A DNA stretch of 44,438 bases from Rhodanobacter sp. (GTDB lineage Bacteria > Pseudomonadota > Gammaproteobacteria > Xanthomonadales > Rhodanobacteraceae). The translations under genes and the position numbers were made by a program. Shown piece after piece: positions 9,329-18,202 of this stretch. Where the stretch lies: NCBI GenBank assembly GCA_036566165.1, contig DATCWU010000173.1:1-44438 (forward strand), written 5' to 3'. How positions within the stretch are numbered: position 1 is the first letter of the stretch; each line of letters starts with the position of its first letter. The notes beneath the pieces are model-generated. The model ran no database searches. It worked only from the letters and a program-made list of their open reading frames with translations, and was not told the origin of the DNA.

Positions 9329-10729
9329 ATGACCTTGCCCATCACCGCACCCGAGTTTGATCCCGCGCTGATTGCGCGTTATGACGTGGCCGGGCCGCGT
9401 TACACCAGCTATCCGCCGGTGCCGCAGTTTCGCGCCGATTTCGACGAGCAGGCGCTGCGCAACGCGGCGCGCATCTCGAATGAGGAACCTATCCCGCGGC
9501 CACTGTCGATCTACGTGCATATCCCGTTTTGCACCAGTCCGTGTTTCTACTGTGGCTGCAATCGGGTGATCACCAGTGACAAGGCGCAGGCGGGTCGTTA
9601 TCTGGAGCGCCTGTACCGCGAGGTCGAGCTGCTCGCCCCGTTGTTTGATCGCGATCGACCGGTGCGGCAACTGCATTTCGGTGGCGGGACGCCAAATTTC
9701 CTGGATCTCGCGAACATGCGCGAGCTGATGGAGTCGCTGGCGCGTCACTTCAGCTTCAGCCGCCATCCGGAGCGCGAATACGGCATCGAGGTGGATCCGC
9801 GGTTTGCCGATGCTGCCTATATCCGCGGATTGGGTGAACTTGGCTTCAATCGCCTGTCTGTTGGCGTGCAGGATTTCGACCCTGCGGTGCAGCAGGCGGT
9901 CAATCGCATACAGAGCGTGGAGGAGACACGCGCGGTGATCGAGGCGGCGCGCGCGGCGCAGTTTCGTTCGGTCAACGTGGATCTGATCTACGGTCTGCCC
10001 CTGCAGCATGTGGAACAGTTTTGCGGCACCCTCGACACCGTTGTGGCCCTGCAACCTGATCGCGTGGCGGTATATGGCTATGCCCACCTGCCGCAGATCT
10101 TCAAGGCCCAGCGCCAGATCGACAAACATGAGGTGCCGGATCCGGCGACGCGGCTGGCGCTGTTCGGGTGTGCGCTGGAGCGGCTGACTGCCGCCGGCTA
10201 TGTCTATATCGGCATGGATCACTTTGCGCGCGTCGATGACGAGCTGACGCTGGCGCAACGTGCCGGTACGTTGCAGCGGAACTTCCAGGGCTATTCGACG
10301 CATGGCGAGTGCGACATCCTGGGTCTGGGCGTCAGCGCGATCGGCCGCATTGGCGACACCTACAGTCAGAATGCGCGCGATCTGATCGGCTATTACGCGG
10401 CACTGGACAACGGCCGCCTGCCGGTGGTGGCTGGCCTGCAGCTGGATGAGGATGACCTGATCCGGCGGGAGCTGATTGGCGTGCTGATGTGTCAGGGTGT
10501 CATCGACAAGGCGACCTTTGGCGCGCGTCACCGGTTGTTGTTCGACGAGTATTTCGTGCGCGAGCGTCAACGCTTGCAGCCGCTGGTGGCGGATGGGCTG
10601 GTGGACGAGGATGCACGGGCCATTCGGGTCACCTCGCGGGGGCGACTGCTGTTGCGTATCATCGCCATGTGCTTCGACGCGTATCTTGACGAAGATGCGC
10701 GAGCCGCACGCTATTCGCGCGTGATCTGA
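9329..10729 (+). CDS. hemN: Oxygen-independent coproporphyrinogen III oxidase (radical SAM)
   Basis: GPRYTSYP, CxxxCxxC (CTSPCFYCGC), FGGGTP, IGMDHFA and RNFQGYST motifs. Confidence 0.95.
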   Translation: MTLPITAPEFDPALIARYDVAGPRYTSYPPVPQFRADFDEQALRNAARISNEEPIPRPLSIYVHIPFCTSPCFYCGCNRVITSDKAQAGRYLERLYREVELLAPLFDRDRPVRQLHFGGGTPNFLDLANMRELMESLARHFSFSRHPEREYGIEVDPRFADAAYIRGLGELGFNRLSVGVQDFDPAVQQAVNRIQSVEETRAVIEAARAAQFRSVNVDLIYGLPLQHVEQFCGTLDTVVALQPDRVAVYGYAHLPQIFKAQRQIDKHEVPDPATRLALFGCALERLTAAGYVYIGMDHFARVDDELTLAQRAGTLQRNFQGYSTHGECDILGLGVSAIGRIGDTYSQNARDLIGYYAALDNGRLPVVAGLQLDEDDLIRRELIGVLMCQGVIDKATFGARHRLLFDEYFVRERQRLQPLVADGLVDEDARAIRVTSRGRLLLRIIAMCFDAYLDEDARAARYSRVI

Positions 10730-10772
10730 CCCGTTGCACATCGACGCCCCAGTCCCCACTATTGTTCCCATC

Positions 10773-11534
10773 ATGCAAGCCAAGCACGCAGCAGGTCGCC
10801 TGCCCGAGCCGCCCAGCCCGATTGCCGACGACGGTGATGAAACCCGTTTCTGCGGCACCTGCGCATTTTCCAGCGCGTGCATCGCCGCGGGGTACGACAA
10901 GCCGGAGCTGGCCGAGCTGCAGTGTCTGGTGGAACACGTCGGGCCGTTTCGTGCCGGCGAACACGTGTTCCGCACTGGCGATCCATTTCGCGCCATCTTT
11001 GCCGTGCGCAGCGGTACGGTGAAAACGCGGATGGTGGACAAGGAGGGTCGCGAGCAGGTGCTCGGCTTCTATCTGCCGGGCGAAGTGGTTGGCCTCAACG
11101 CGATCTATCCCGAGCATTTCCCGTGCGATGCCGTGGCGCTGGACACGGCGTACTTCTGCCGCTTCTCGTTCCCGGCCATGAGCGCCCTGGCTTCACGTAT
11201 CCCGGCCGTGCAGCAGCATCTGTTTCGCATGCTGAGCAAGGAACTGGGCACGGCATCCCTGCTGGCCGGCGACCACAGCGCGGACGAGCGGGTGGCGGCA
11301 TTCCTGATGGATCTGGCCGCCCGTTATGCGGCGCGTGGGTTTTCCGCCACGCGCTTCCGCCTGAGCATGTCGCGCGGCGATATTGCCAATTACCTGCGCC
11401 TTGCGGCGGAAACCGTCAGCCGCGTACTCAGCCGTTTTCGCAGTCAGGGCCTGATCCAGATCGAAGGCCGCGAGTTGCAGTTGCTCGACGCGACCAGGCT
11501 CGCCGACATCGGGCACGCGCTGCTGCCAGAGTAA
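10773..11534 (+). CDS. fnr: FNR/Anr-type Crp-family regulator (Fe-S, O2 sensing)
   Basis: N-terminal C-x2-C-x5-C (CGTCAFSSAC), central Cys (YFCRF) and HTH recognition helix ETVSR. Start codon uncertain. Confidence 0.85.
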   Translation: MQAKHAAGRLPEPPSPIADDGDETRFCGTCAFSSACIAAGYDKPELAELQCLVEHVGPFRAGEHVFRTGDPFRAIFAVRSGTVKTRMVDKEGREQVLGFYLPGEVVGLNAIYPEHFPCDAVALDTAYFCRFSFPAMSALASRIPAVQQHLFRMLSKELGTASLLAGDHSADERVAAFLMDLAARYAARGFSATRFRLSMSRGDIANYLRLAAETVSRVLSRFRSQGLIQIEGRELQLLDATRLADIGHALLPE

Positions 11535-11687
11535 GCAGGGAACGCGCGCCTGGCCCGCGTCGTCGGTGGCGTCCACTCGGGAAGGCACGAACTGAGGCTT
11601 GACTGCAGTTCGCTGGCATGCCGTCTCGTAGGCCAGCCGAGCGATCCGGGATGGACGGCTGTGGCTGGACTGGACACGGTTGGCCGG

Positions 11688-11730
11688 CTGATACAAATCA
11701 TGGGCACGGGCGAGGCGGACGTGGCATGGT
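11688..11730 (+). promoter_or_regulatory. Degenerate FNR box plus -10 element for nnrS
   Basis: CTGAT-ACAA-ATCAT (11688-11701), with CATGGT at 11725. Confidence 0.5.
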
Positions 11731-11760
11731 AGGCAATCGTTCGCGTTCAGGTCGCATACC

Positions 11761-13023
11761 ATGTCTGTAGCCGCCCCCGGCAAAAACAAGCCCGCCACCT
11801 TCGCCGAGTTGCCCGCGTTGCTGGCGTCCGCGCCGCATCGTGTGCTGTTTCTGGCTGGCGCGATCGCGGTCTTGCTGAGCATGGCGTGGTGGGCCGTCGA
11901 ACTGTCCTGGATGTTCGGCATGCCGCTCAGTGCGTGGCCACAACCGACGATTCCGCCGGCGTATGCGCACAGCATGCTGATCCAGTACGGCACGTTTCCG
12001 TTGTTCATGTTTGGCTTTCTGCTGACCGTGTTTCCGCGCTGGCTGAACCAGCCCGCGTTGACGCGCCGGCACTATGTGCCGGTGGCGGGCTGCGTTTTTG
12101 CTGGCTACGTACTGGCCAACGTTGGCTTGCTGAATCTGCCGTGGTTGCTCAAGCTCGGCTTCGCCCTGATGTTGGTTGGCTATCTGCTGGGAATTTACAC
12201 GCTGGCCCGGGTGCTGGCGGCGGCGACCAACCGCATCGATCACGCCAAGTCGTGCCTGCTGGCGCTGAGCCTGGGCGCGCTTGGGTTGATCCTGTTTCTG
12301 GTCTTTTTGTCGGGCGGCCCGGGGGAGTGCGCGACACTGGCCATCCGCATTGGCACGTTTGGCTTGTTGCTGCCGATCTTTTTCACTGTGACGCATCGCA
12401 TGCTGCCGTTCTTCACCGCGAACGTCGTACCGGCGTACAAGGCGGTCCGTCCGCGCTGGAGCCTACCGGTGGTGTGGGTGCTGCTGCTGGCACACCTGCT
12501 GCTGGACTGGCGTGGCGTGTTCGGCTGGTTGTGGTTGGTGGACATTCCGCTGGCACTGGTGTTTGCCTGGCATGCGCTGGCGTGGCAGCCGTGGAAAGCC
12601 ATGGGCAATGGCCTGATCGCGGTGCTGCACCTGGCGTTTGCCTGGCTGCCGGTGGCATTTGCCTTATATGCAGTGCAGGACGTGATTTATGCCGCCAGCG
12701 GCAACTTGCTGTTTGTGCGGGCGCCCTTGCACGCGCTGGCCATTGGTTACTTCGGGTCGATGCTGGTGGCGATGGTGACGCGCGTGACGCAAGGCCATTC
12801 CGGTCGGCCCTTGCAGATGGGCGGCGTCGCGTGGCTGTGCTTCGGCCTGTTGCAAATCGTCGTGCTCGTGCGCTTGCGTGCCGAGTTTGGTGGCGGTGCG
12901 GACTTCAACCCGTACCTGTGGCTGGTGATTGCGGCATATGGCTGGTTGCTGGCGTTCACACCATGGGTATTGCACTCGGCGCGGATTTACCTGACGCCGC
13001 GCGCCGACGGCAAGCCTGGCTGA
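11761..13023 (+). CDS. nnrS: NnrS family membrane protein (nitrosative stress)
   Basis: APHRVLF, H.MLIQYG, GFLLTVFPRW, RMLPFFT, MVTRVTQGHSGRPL and C-terminal PRADGKPG motifs. Confidence 0.88.
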   Translation: MSVAAPGKNKPATFAELPALLASAPHRVLFLAGAIAVLLSMAWWAVELSWMFGMPLSAWPQPTIPPAYAHSMLIQYGTFPLFMFGFLLTVFPRWLNQPALTRRHYVPVAGCVFAGYVLANVGLLNLPWLLKLGFALMLVGYLLGIYTLARVLAAATNRIDHAKSCLLALSLGALGLILFLVFLSGGPGECATLAIRIGTFGLLLPIFFTVTHRMLPFFTANVVPAYKAVRPRWSLPVVWVLLLAHLLLDWRGVFGWLWLVDIPLALVFAWHALAWQPWKAMGNGLIAVLHLAFAWLPVAFALYAVQDVIYAASGNLLFVRAPLHALAIGYFGSMLVAMVTRVTQGHSGRPLQMGGVAWLCFGLLQIVVLVRLRAEFGGGADFNPYLWLVIAAYGWLLAFTPWVLHSARIYLTPRADGKPG

Positions 13024-13088
13024 GGCACCGCCAGTCGGGTCGCTGATGTGGCTTTGCACCGGTCGCCACGGCGCGCAGCCGGACGCGC

Positions 13089-13130
13089 TTGATCCATGTC
13101 AGCGCGGCAATGGCGGGCCGCGCTCAGACT
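13089..13130 (+). promoter_or_regulatory. FNR box plus -10 element
   Basis: TTGAT-CCAT-GTCAG (13089-13102), with CAGACT at 13125. Same spacing as the hemN promoter. Confidence 0.7.
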
Positions 13131-13157
13131 CTTCGGCGAACTGTTGGGAGAACGCGC

Positions 13158-13595
13158 GTGGCTGCCTGGTACCCGTGGATTTTGCTGCTGCATCTTTCCT
13201 GCGCCATCATCTTTGTGGGCGCCGTGGTGTTTGAAGTGGTGGTGATCGAGTCGCTCAAGAAGCATTTCGACATCATCACCATGCAAGGCCTTGAACAGGC
13301 AGTAATGGCGCGGGTGCGGCGCTTCATGCCGATCGTGGTCATCCTGCTGTTTCTGAGCGGTTTTGCGGTGTTCGATATTCGTTGCGACGGCTTCCAGTGC
13401 GTTGGCTCGCGTTTCGGCAATTGGCTGCTGCTGAAGGTGGTGCTGGCGTTTGCCGTGCTTGGCGTGTTTGCGAATGCGATGTGGGCGATGCGCCATGGCA
13501 AGATGGACGTTTGCCGGTTTCGTTACACTCACCGTGTCGTGCTTGGCTTGATGATTGGCATCGTGTTTCTGGCCAAGACCATGTTTTACCTGTAA
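13158..13595 (+). CDS. Four-helix membrane protein, CopD-like/uncharacterised
   Basis: GTG start after GGGAG; [25 protein letters not shown] and TH..V....IV.LAK patterns. Family assignment is tentative. Confidence 0.6.
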   Translation: MAAWYPWILLLHLSCAIIFVGAVVFEVVVIESLKKHFDIITMQGLEQAVMARVRRFMPIVVILLFLSGFAVFDIRCDGFQCVGSRFGNWLLLKVVLAFAVLGVFANAMWAMRHGKMDVCRFRYTHRVVLGLMIGIVFLAKTMFYL

Positions 13596-13620
13596 CCATT
13601 CGCCCACTTCGAGGTGCACC

Positions 13621-14121
13621 ATGTCCAACGTCACATTCAAGGGTCAGCCGGTCAACGTTGATGGCCAGTTTCCGGCGGTCGGTTCCACCGTGCCGGCGTT
13701 CCATCTGGTCGGGTCCGATCTGGCCGATGTCGCGTTGACTGCGTTTGCCGGCAAACGCAAGGTGCTCAACATTTTCCCGAGTGTGGATACCGGCGTGTGT
13801 GCGGCCTCGGTGCGTCGCTTCAATGAGCTGGCCGGCAAGCTCACCAACACGGTCGTGCTGTGCATTTCTGCCGATTTGCCGTTTGCGCAAGCGCGTTTCT
13901 GCGGCGCCGAGGGCCTGGACAAGGTTACCAACCTGTCGCTGATGCGCGGCCGTCAGTTTCTCAATGATTACGGTGTGGCGTTGGCCAGTGGCCCGCTGGC
14001 TGGGCTGGCGGCGCGCGCCGTGCTGGTCCTGGATGAGCACGACAAGGTGCTGCATGCCGAGCTGGTCAGCGAGATTGGTCACGAGCCCGACTACGACGCG
14101 GCGTTGAAAGCGCTGCGCTGA
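13621..14121 (+). CDS. tpx: Thiol peroxidase (atypical 2-Cys peroxiredoxin)
   Basis: [31 protein letters not shown] and EPDYDAAL motifs; GAGG RBS. Confidence 0.95.
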   Translation: MSNVTFKGQPVNVDGQFPAVGSTVPAFHLVGSDLADVALTAFAGKRKVLNIFPSVDTGVCAASVRRFNELAGKLTNTVVLCISADLPFAQARFCGAEGLDKVTNLSLMRGRQFLNDYGVALASGPLAGLAARAVLVLDEHDKVLHAELVSEIGHEPDYDAALKALR

Positions 14122-14309
14122 CAGGTCTGGCGACTGGCGGGTGAAACACGGCGGTACCTCGGCCGTGTGCCCAACGCCATCGCTCCGGGCTGCGGAGCCG
14201 TTGCAGTGGCGATGTTCGCTCCAAGTCGGAGGGCATCGTCAGTGCAGTTGCCGCGCACAGCAATAGCAGGTTCCTGCCATGCCCGGACGGGCAGTATCGC
14301 GCCGTTGTC

Positions 14310-14732
14310 TCAGCCGCCCGTACTCGTGATGGACATGCCCAGGGTGCGCCCTTGCGGGTGGATACCCAGACCGAATTTGAGGCTGCGCCCGATGCGCGTG
14401 GCGTATTCCACCATCTGCGCGGCGTCCGCCGCGTCGAGTTCCTCGCTGCAGGTTTCCAGCCACAGCGCCAGCCAGCGCTCAAAATGTTCGCCGTGGATCG
14501 GCAGCGGTCGGTGCGCAGCCATCGGATTGCCACGGTAGGTGCCGGCACGCAGCGCGATGGATGACCAGAACGATGTCAGCAGACGTTTGTGCGCGTCCCA
14601 GTCGTGTACGACCGCATTGAATACCGGTCCAATCAGCACATCCGCGCGCACCTTTTCGTAGAACCGGTCAACCAGCGTGGCGATGGCCGGTGTGTCAAAT
14701 GCGGGCGGGGTGGTCACGGTGATGTACTGCAT
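14310..14732 (-). CDS. Group III truncated hemoglobin
   Basis: LVDRFYEKVRAD..IGPVF, DWDAH, FWSS, YRGNPMAAH and HFERWLALW motifs. Confidence 0.9.
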   Translation of the reverse strand: MQYITVTTPPAFDTPAIATLVDRFYEKVRADVLIGPVFNAVVHDWDAHKRLLTSFWSSIALRAGTYRGNPMAAHRPLPIHGEHFERWLALWLETCSEELDAADAAQMVEYATRIGRSLKFGLGIHPQGRTLGMSITSTGG

Positions 14733-14744
14733 CCGGCAGATCGG

Positions 14745-14792
14745 AATAAACCCACACCCGGCCGTCGCCGACCGGGTGTGGGTGCGGTGGTG
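14745..14792 (-). terminator. Intrinsic terminator after azurin
   Basis: 11-bp stem CCCACACCCGG/CCGGGTGTGGG followed by TTTATT on the minus strand. Confidence 0.65.
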
Positions 14793-14799
14793 CGGCGGG

Positions 14800-15249
14800 T
14801 TACTTGCCGATGCTGAGGGTACCCTTCATCAGCGATGCGTGGCCCGGGAACGTGCAGAAGTAGGCGTAGGTTTCGCCAGCCTTGAGCTTGGAGACGTTGA
14901 ACGTGGCAGTGTCGGACTCGCCGCCACCGATCAGTTTGGTGTGCGCAATGATGCGCGTGTCGCCCGGTTTCTCGTAACTGTTGGCGGCACCGGCCTTCAT
15001 GCCGTCAGCCACGACGCCAGCCTCGTCGGCGCTATGGGCGAGCACCCAGTTGTGACCCATGGCCGCCTTCGGCAGCTTGCCGACATGCTTCAGCGTCACC
15101 GCAAACGTCTTGCAGGTGCTTGGCACGGTGATGGTCTTCTTGTTGAACTGCATCGCGTCACTGCCTTCGATCGTGGTCGCACATTCGGCAGCCAGCAACG
15201 GGGTGGACAGCAGGCCGAGCAGGGCAATGGCAATCAATTTGCGCAGCAT
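14800..15249 (-). CDS. azu: Azurin (blue copper protein)
   Basis: Signal peptide; Cu ligands in MGHNW and [12 protein letters not shown]; N-terminal Cys pair; AGGAG RBS. Confidence 0.95.
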   Translation of the reverse strand: MLRKLIAIALLGLLSTPLLAAECATTIEGSDAMQFNKKTITVPSTCKTFAVTLKHVGKLPKAAMGHNWVLAHSADEAGVVADGMKAGAANSYEKPGDTRIIAHTKLIGGGESDTATFNVSKLKAGETYAYFCTFPGHASLMKGTLSIGK

Positions 15250-15292
15250 GGGTAGTGCTCCTGATGAAACAGCGTGGGTAAAATGTGCATGC

Positions 15293-15334
15293 ATTCTGCA
15301 ATGTGCGTGTGACGGTATCCCTGACTTGCATCAG
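15293..15334 (-). promoter_or_regulatory. FNR-like box plus -10 element for azurin
   Basis: Minus strand CTGAT-GCAA-GTCAG (15334-15321), with CAGAAT 36 nt from the box start. Confidence 0.6.
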
Positions 15335-15423
15335 ACGGTACTGCGGCGTGTTGCCGCAGTGCGGCCAGGTCCGCACTGCGCGACGCGTCGTGGAGCTGCT
15401 GCTGCATGTGGAGGTGGGCTGGA

Positions 15424-15465
15424 CTGATGTGGATCAGCACGGCGCGCATTGGCGTGATTGACACT
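15424..15465 (+). promoter_or_regulatory. FNR-like box plus -10 element for fdxA
   Basis: CTGAT-GTGG-ATCAG (15424-15437), with GACACT at 15460. Confidence 0.6.
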
Positions 15466-15501
15466 GCATACGTATGCCGGCCCGTGCCTGAAGGAGGTCT
15501 G

Positions 15502-15831
15502 ATGACCCACGTTGTCACCGATAACTGCATCAATTGCAAACACACCGATTGCGTGGAAGTGTGCCCGGTCGATTGCTTTCACGCCGGTCCGAACTTCCTG
15601 GTGATCGATCCCGATGAGTGCATCGATTGCACGCTATGCGTGGAAGAGTGCCCGGTGGGTGCGATTTTTGCCGAGCTTGACGTGCCGGCGGGGCAGGAAA
15701 TCTTCATGTCGATCAATGCGGAGCTGGCGCAGCAGTGGCCGGTACTGACCAGCAAGATCGAGTCGATGGAAGATGCCGCCAAGTGGGATGGTGTGCCGAA
15801 CAAGCTGCCGTTGCTCAAGCGCGAGCTGTAG
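15502..15831 (+). CDS. fdxA: 7Fe ferredoxin (FdxA type)
   Basis: [18 protein letters not shown] and [17 protein letters not shown] motifs; AGGAGG RBS. Confidence 0.93.
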   Translation: MTHVVTDNCINCKHTDCVEVCPVDCFHAGPNFLVIDPDECIDCTLCVEECPVGAIFAELDVPAGQEIFMSINAELAQQWPVLTSKIESMEDAAKWDGVPNKLPLLKREL

Positions 15832-15952
15832 CGGATGCGCTCTGCTCCGTAGTTGGCGGTGGCTTGCACTGCCGTGGTGTGGCCTGGCAAGAGCCGGCGG
15901 ATCCAACTGGCTCGCAGGCAGGTATATCCGGGATTGCTGCGGTGCTGCCATG

Positions 15953-15976
15953 AAAAAGCCGGGCGTTGCCCGGCTT
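15953..15976 (-). terminator. Intrinsic terminator of gap
   Basis: AAGCCGGGC-GTT-GCCCGGCTT with a T-run on the minus strand. Confidence 0.75.
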
Positions 15977-16060
15977 GTTCCAAGTGCGACTCCAGCAACG
16001 CCGCCTTCCGTCGCGACGAAGGCGCGCGCCGGCGACGGGTGCAAATCCGCGGCTGTGACC

Positions 16061-17074
16061 TTACTTCGCCGCCATCAACGCGACGGTCATATCCAGCATG
16101 CGGTTGGAGAAACCCCACTCGTTGTCATACCAGCTGAGTACCTTGACCAGCGTACCCTCCATCACGCGCGTCTGGGTCGCGTCGTAGGTGGAAGATGCCG
16201 GGTTGTGGTTGAAGTCGACGGACACCAGCGGCTTGGTGTTGACCTCGAGGATGCCCTTCATGTCGCCCTGTGCCGCATCGTTGATGATGGTGTCGATCTC
16301 GGCCTTGGTCGTGGCGCGTTTGGCCACGAACGTCAAATCCACGACCGACACATTGATGGTCGGCACGCGCATGGAGAATCCATCCAGCCTGCCGTTCAAC
16401 TCCGGCAGCACCAGGCCGACTGCCGCGGCTGCGCCGGTCTTGGTCGGGATCTGGCTCATCGTGGCCGAGCGCGCGCGGCGCAAATCGGAGTGGTAGACGT
16501 CGCTGAGCACCTGGTCGTTGGTGTAGGCATGAATGGTGGTCATCAGACCGTGCACGATGCCGAGCTTGGCATTCAGCACCTTCGCCAGTGGTGCCAGGCA
16601 GTTCGTCGTGCAGCTGGCGTTGGAGATCACCTGCATGCTGGCAGTGAGCTTGTCGGTGTTGACGCCGCAGACAAATGTGCCGTCCACGTCGTCCGCGCCA
16701 GGCGCCGAAATGATCACCTTCTTTGCGCCGGCAGTGAGATGTGCACCGGCCTTGGCCTTGCTGCGAAACAAACCGGTGCATTCCAGTACCACGTCGACGC
16801 CCAACTCACCCCAGGGCAATTTGGCCGGATCGCGTTCGGCGCAGACCTTGATCTTGTCGCCATTGACGACGATGAAACCGCCTTCCACCGCCACACTGCC
16901 GGGAAACTTGCCATGCACGGTGTCGTACTGGGTCAGGTGGGCATTCGTCTCGGCATCGCCGAGGTCGTTGATGGCAACGATCTGGATTTCGCTGGTGCGC
17001 CCAGCTTCGTACAGCGCACGCAGAATATTGCGGCCAATGCGACCGTAACCGTTGATAGCGACCTTGATGGCCAT
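16061..17074 (-). CDS. gap: Glyceraldehyde-3-phosphate dehydrogenase, type I
   Basis: [20 protein letters not shown] and WYDNEWGFS motifs. Confidence 0.97.
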   Translation of the reverse strand: MAIKVAINGYGRIGRNILRALYEAGRTSEIQIVAINDLGDAETNAHLTQYDTVHGKFPGSVAVEGGFIVVNGDKIKVCAERDPAKLPWGELGVDVVLECTGLFRSKAKAGAHLTAGAKKVIISAPGADDVDGTFVCGVNTDKLTASMQVISNASCTTNCLAPLAKVLNAKLGIVHGLMTTIHAYTNDQVLSDVYHSDLRRARSATMSQIPTKTGAAAAVGLVLPELNGRLDGFSMRVPTINVSVVDLTFVAKRATTKAEIDTIINDAAQGDMKGILEVNTKPLVSVDFNHNPASSTYDATQTRVMEGTLVKVLSWYDNEWGFSNRMLDMTVALMAAK

Positions 17075-17346
17075 GGGGCGACGTCCTCCAGTAAGTGAAT
17101 AGGGCCGTGTCAGGCGGCCTGCCAGCATACGATTTTACAGGCAAAGTCGGAACGCCACCCGTGTGGTATTGCCGCAACCTCTTGCGCATGGCTGCCCAGC
17201 GGTACGCCAACGTGCCGTTCGCTGCCGCTGTATCCGCCGCAACAGACACCTGGAACCGACGTTTATCCGGTCTGGGCGGAGCGCAGGTAAACGTACTGGG
17301 CCCGGCGCTGTGGCAGACTTGCCGGTCAGCCTAGGGGAGTTCTGCC

Positions 17347-18159
17347 GTGTCCGTTGTGCGTCGTCTTGCGGTCGCGTTGCTCGCCGGTTTGCTGGTGGGC
17401 CCGGTGCAGGCGTGGGGTCCCCTGGGTCATGCCATCGTTGCCAACCTGGCACAACGGCAGCTCAATCCGACCGCGCAAGCGGAGGTGGATCGTCTGTTGG
17501 CGCCCGAACACACTGACTCGTTGGCGGCGATTGCCAGCTGGCCCGATCAGCTCCAGAACGATCCGGCGCAGGCCGCCTTGTGGCGGCAGACACGCAGCCT
17601 GCATTACGTCAATTTGCATGGCGCCGACTGCGACTATGTGCCGCCGCGGGATTGTCGCGACGGGCGCTGCGTGGTCGGCGCGCTGGCGCACTATGTCGCC
17701 GTGCTTGGTGATCGCACGCAAGACGCTGCCGTGCGGCGCGAGGCATTGAAGTTTGTCGTGCATTTCGTCGGCGACGTGCATCAGCCATTGCATGCCGGTT
17801 ATCGCGCCGACAAGGGCGGCAACACGTATCAGGTGCGGTTCGCCGGCAAGGGTAGCAATCTGCATCGGGTATGGGACTCGGGCTTGTTGTCACGGCGTGG
17901 CCTGGATGCACCCGCGTATGCGCAGCTGCTTGCTGCGCGTGGCCCCGTACCGCTGCCGCCGCCCGTGGCGCCGCGGCAAAGTGTCTACGCGCAGTGGGCA
18001 CGCGAGTCGTGTCGCATAACCGCCCGGCCGGATTTTTATCCGCCCGGCCACAAGATTGACCAAGCCTATGTGCAAGCAGAACTGCCGGTTGCCGAGTTGC
18101 GCCTGCGCGAAGCCGGGCGGCGTCTGGCGGCCGTACTGAATATGGCCCTGGCGCGCTGA
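17347..18159 (+). CDS. Secreted S1/P1 nuclease
   Basis: Signal peptide followed by WGPLGH; HFVGDVHQPLH and NLHRVWD zinc-binding motifs. Confidence 0.92.
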   Translation: MSVVRRLAVALLAGLLVGPVQAWGPLGHAIVANLAQRQLNPTAQAEVDRLLAPEHTDSLAAIASWPDQLQNDPAQAALWRQTRSLHYVNLHGADCDYVPPRDCRDGRCVVGALAHYVAVLGDRTQDAAVRREALKFVVHFVGDVHQPLHAGYRADKGGNTYQVRFAGKGSNLHRVWDSGLLSRRGLDAPAYAQLLAARGPVPLPPPVAPRQSVYAQWARESCRITARPDFYPPGHKIDQAYVQAELPVAELRLREAGRRLAAVLNMALAR

Positions 18160-18202
18160 GATACGGCTAGCTGTTTTTGGCTACCAGCGGGTGATTTGGC
18201 CG

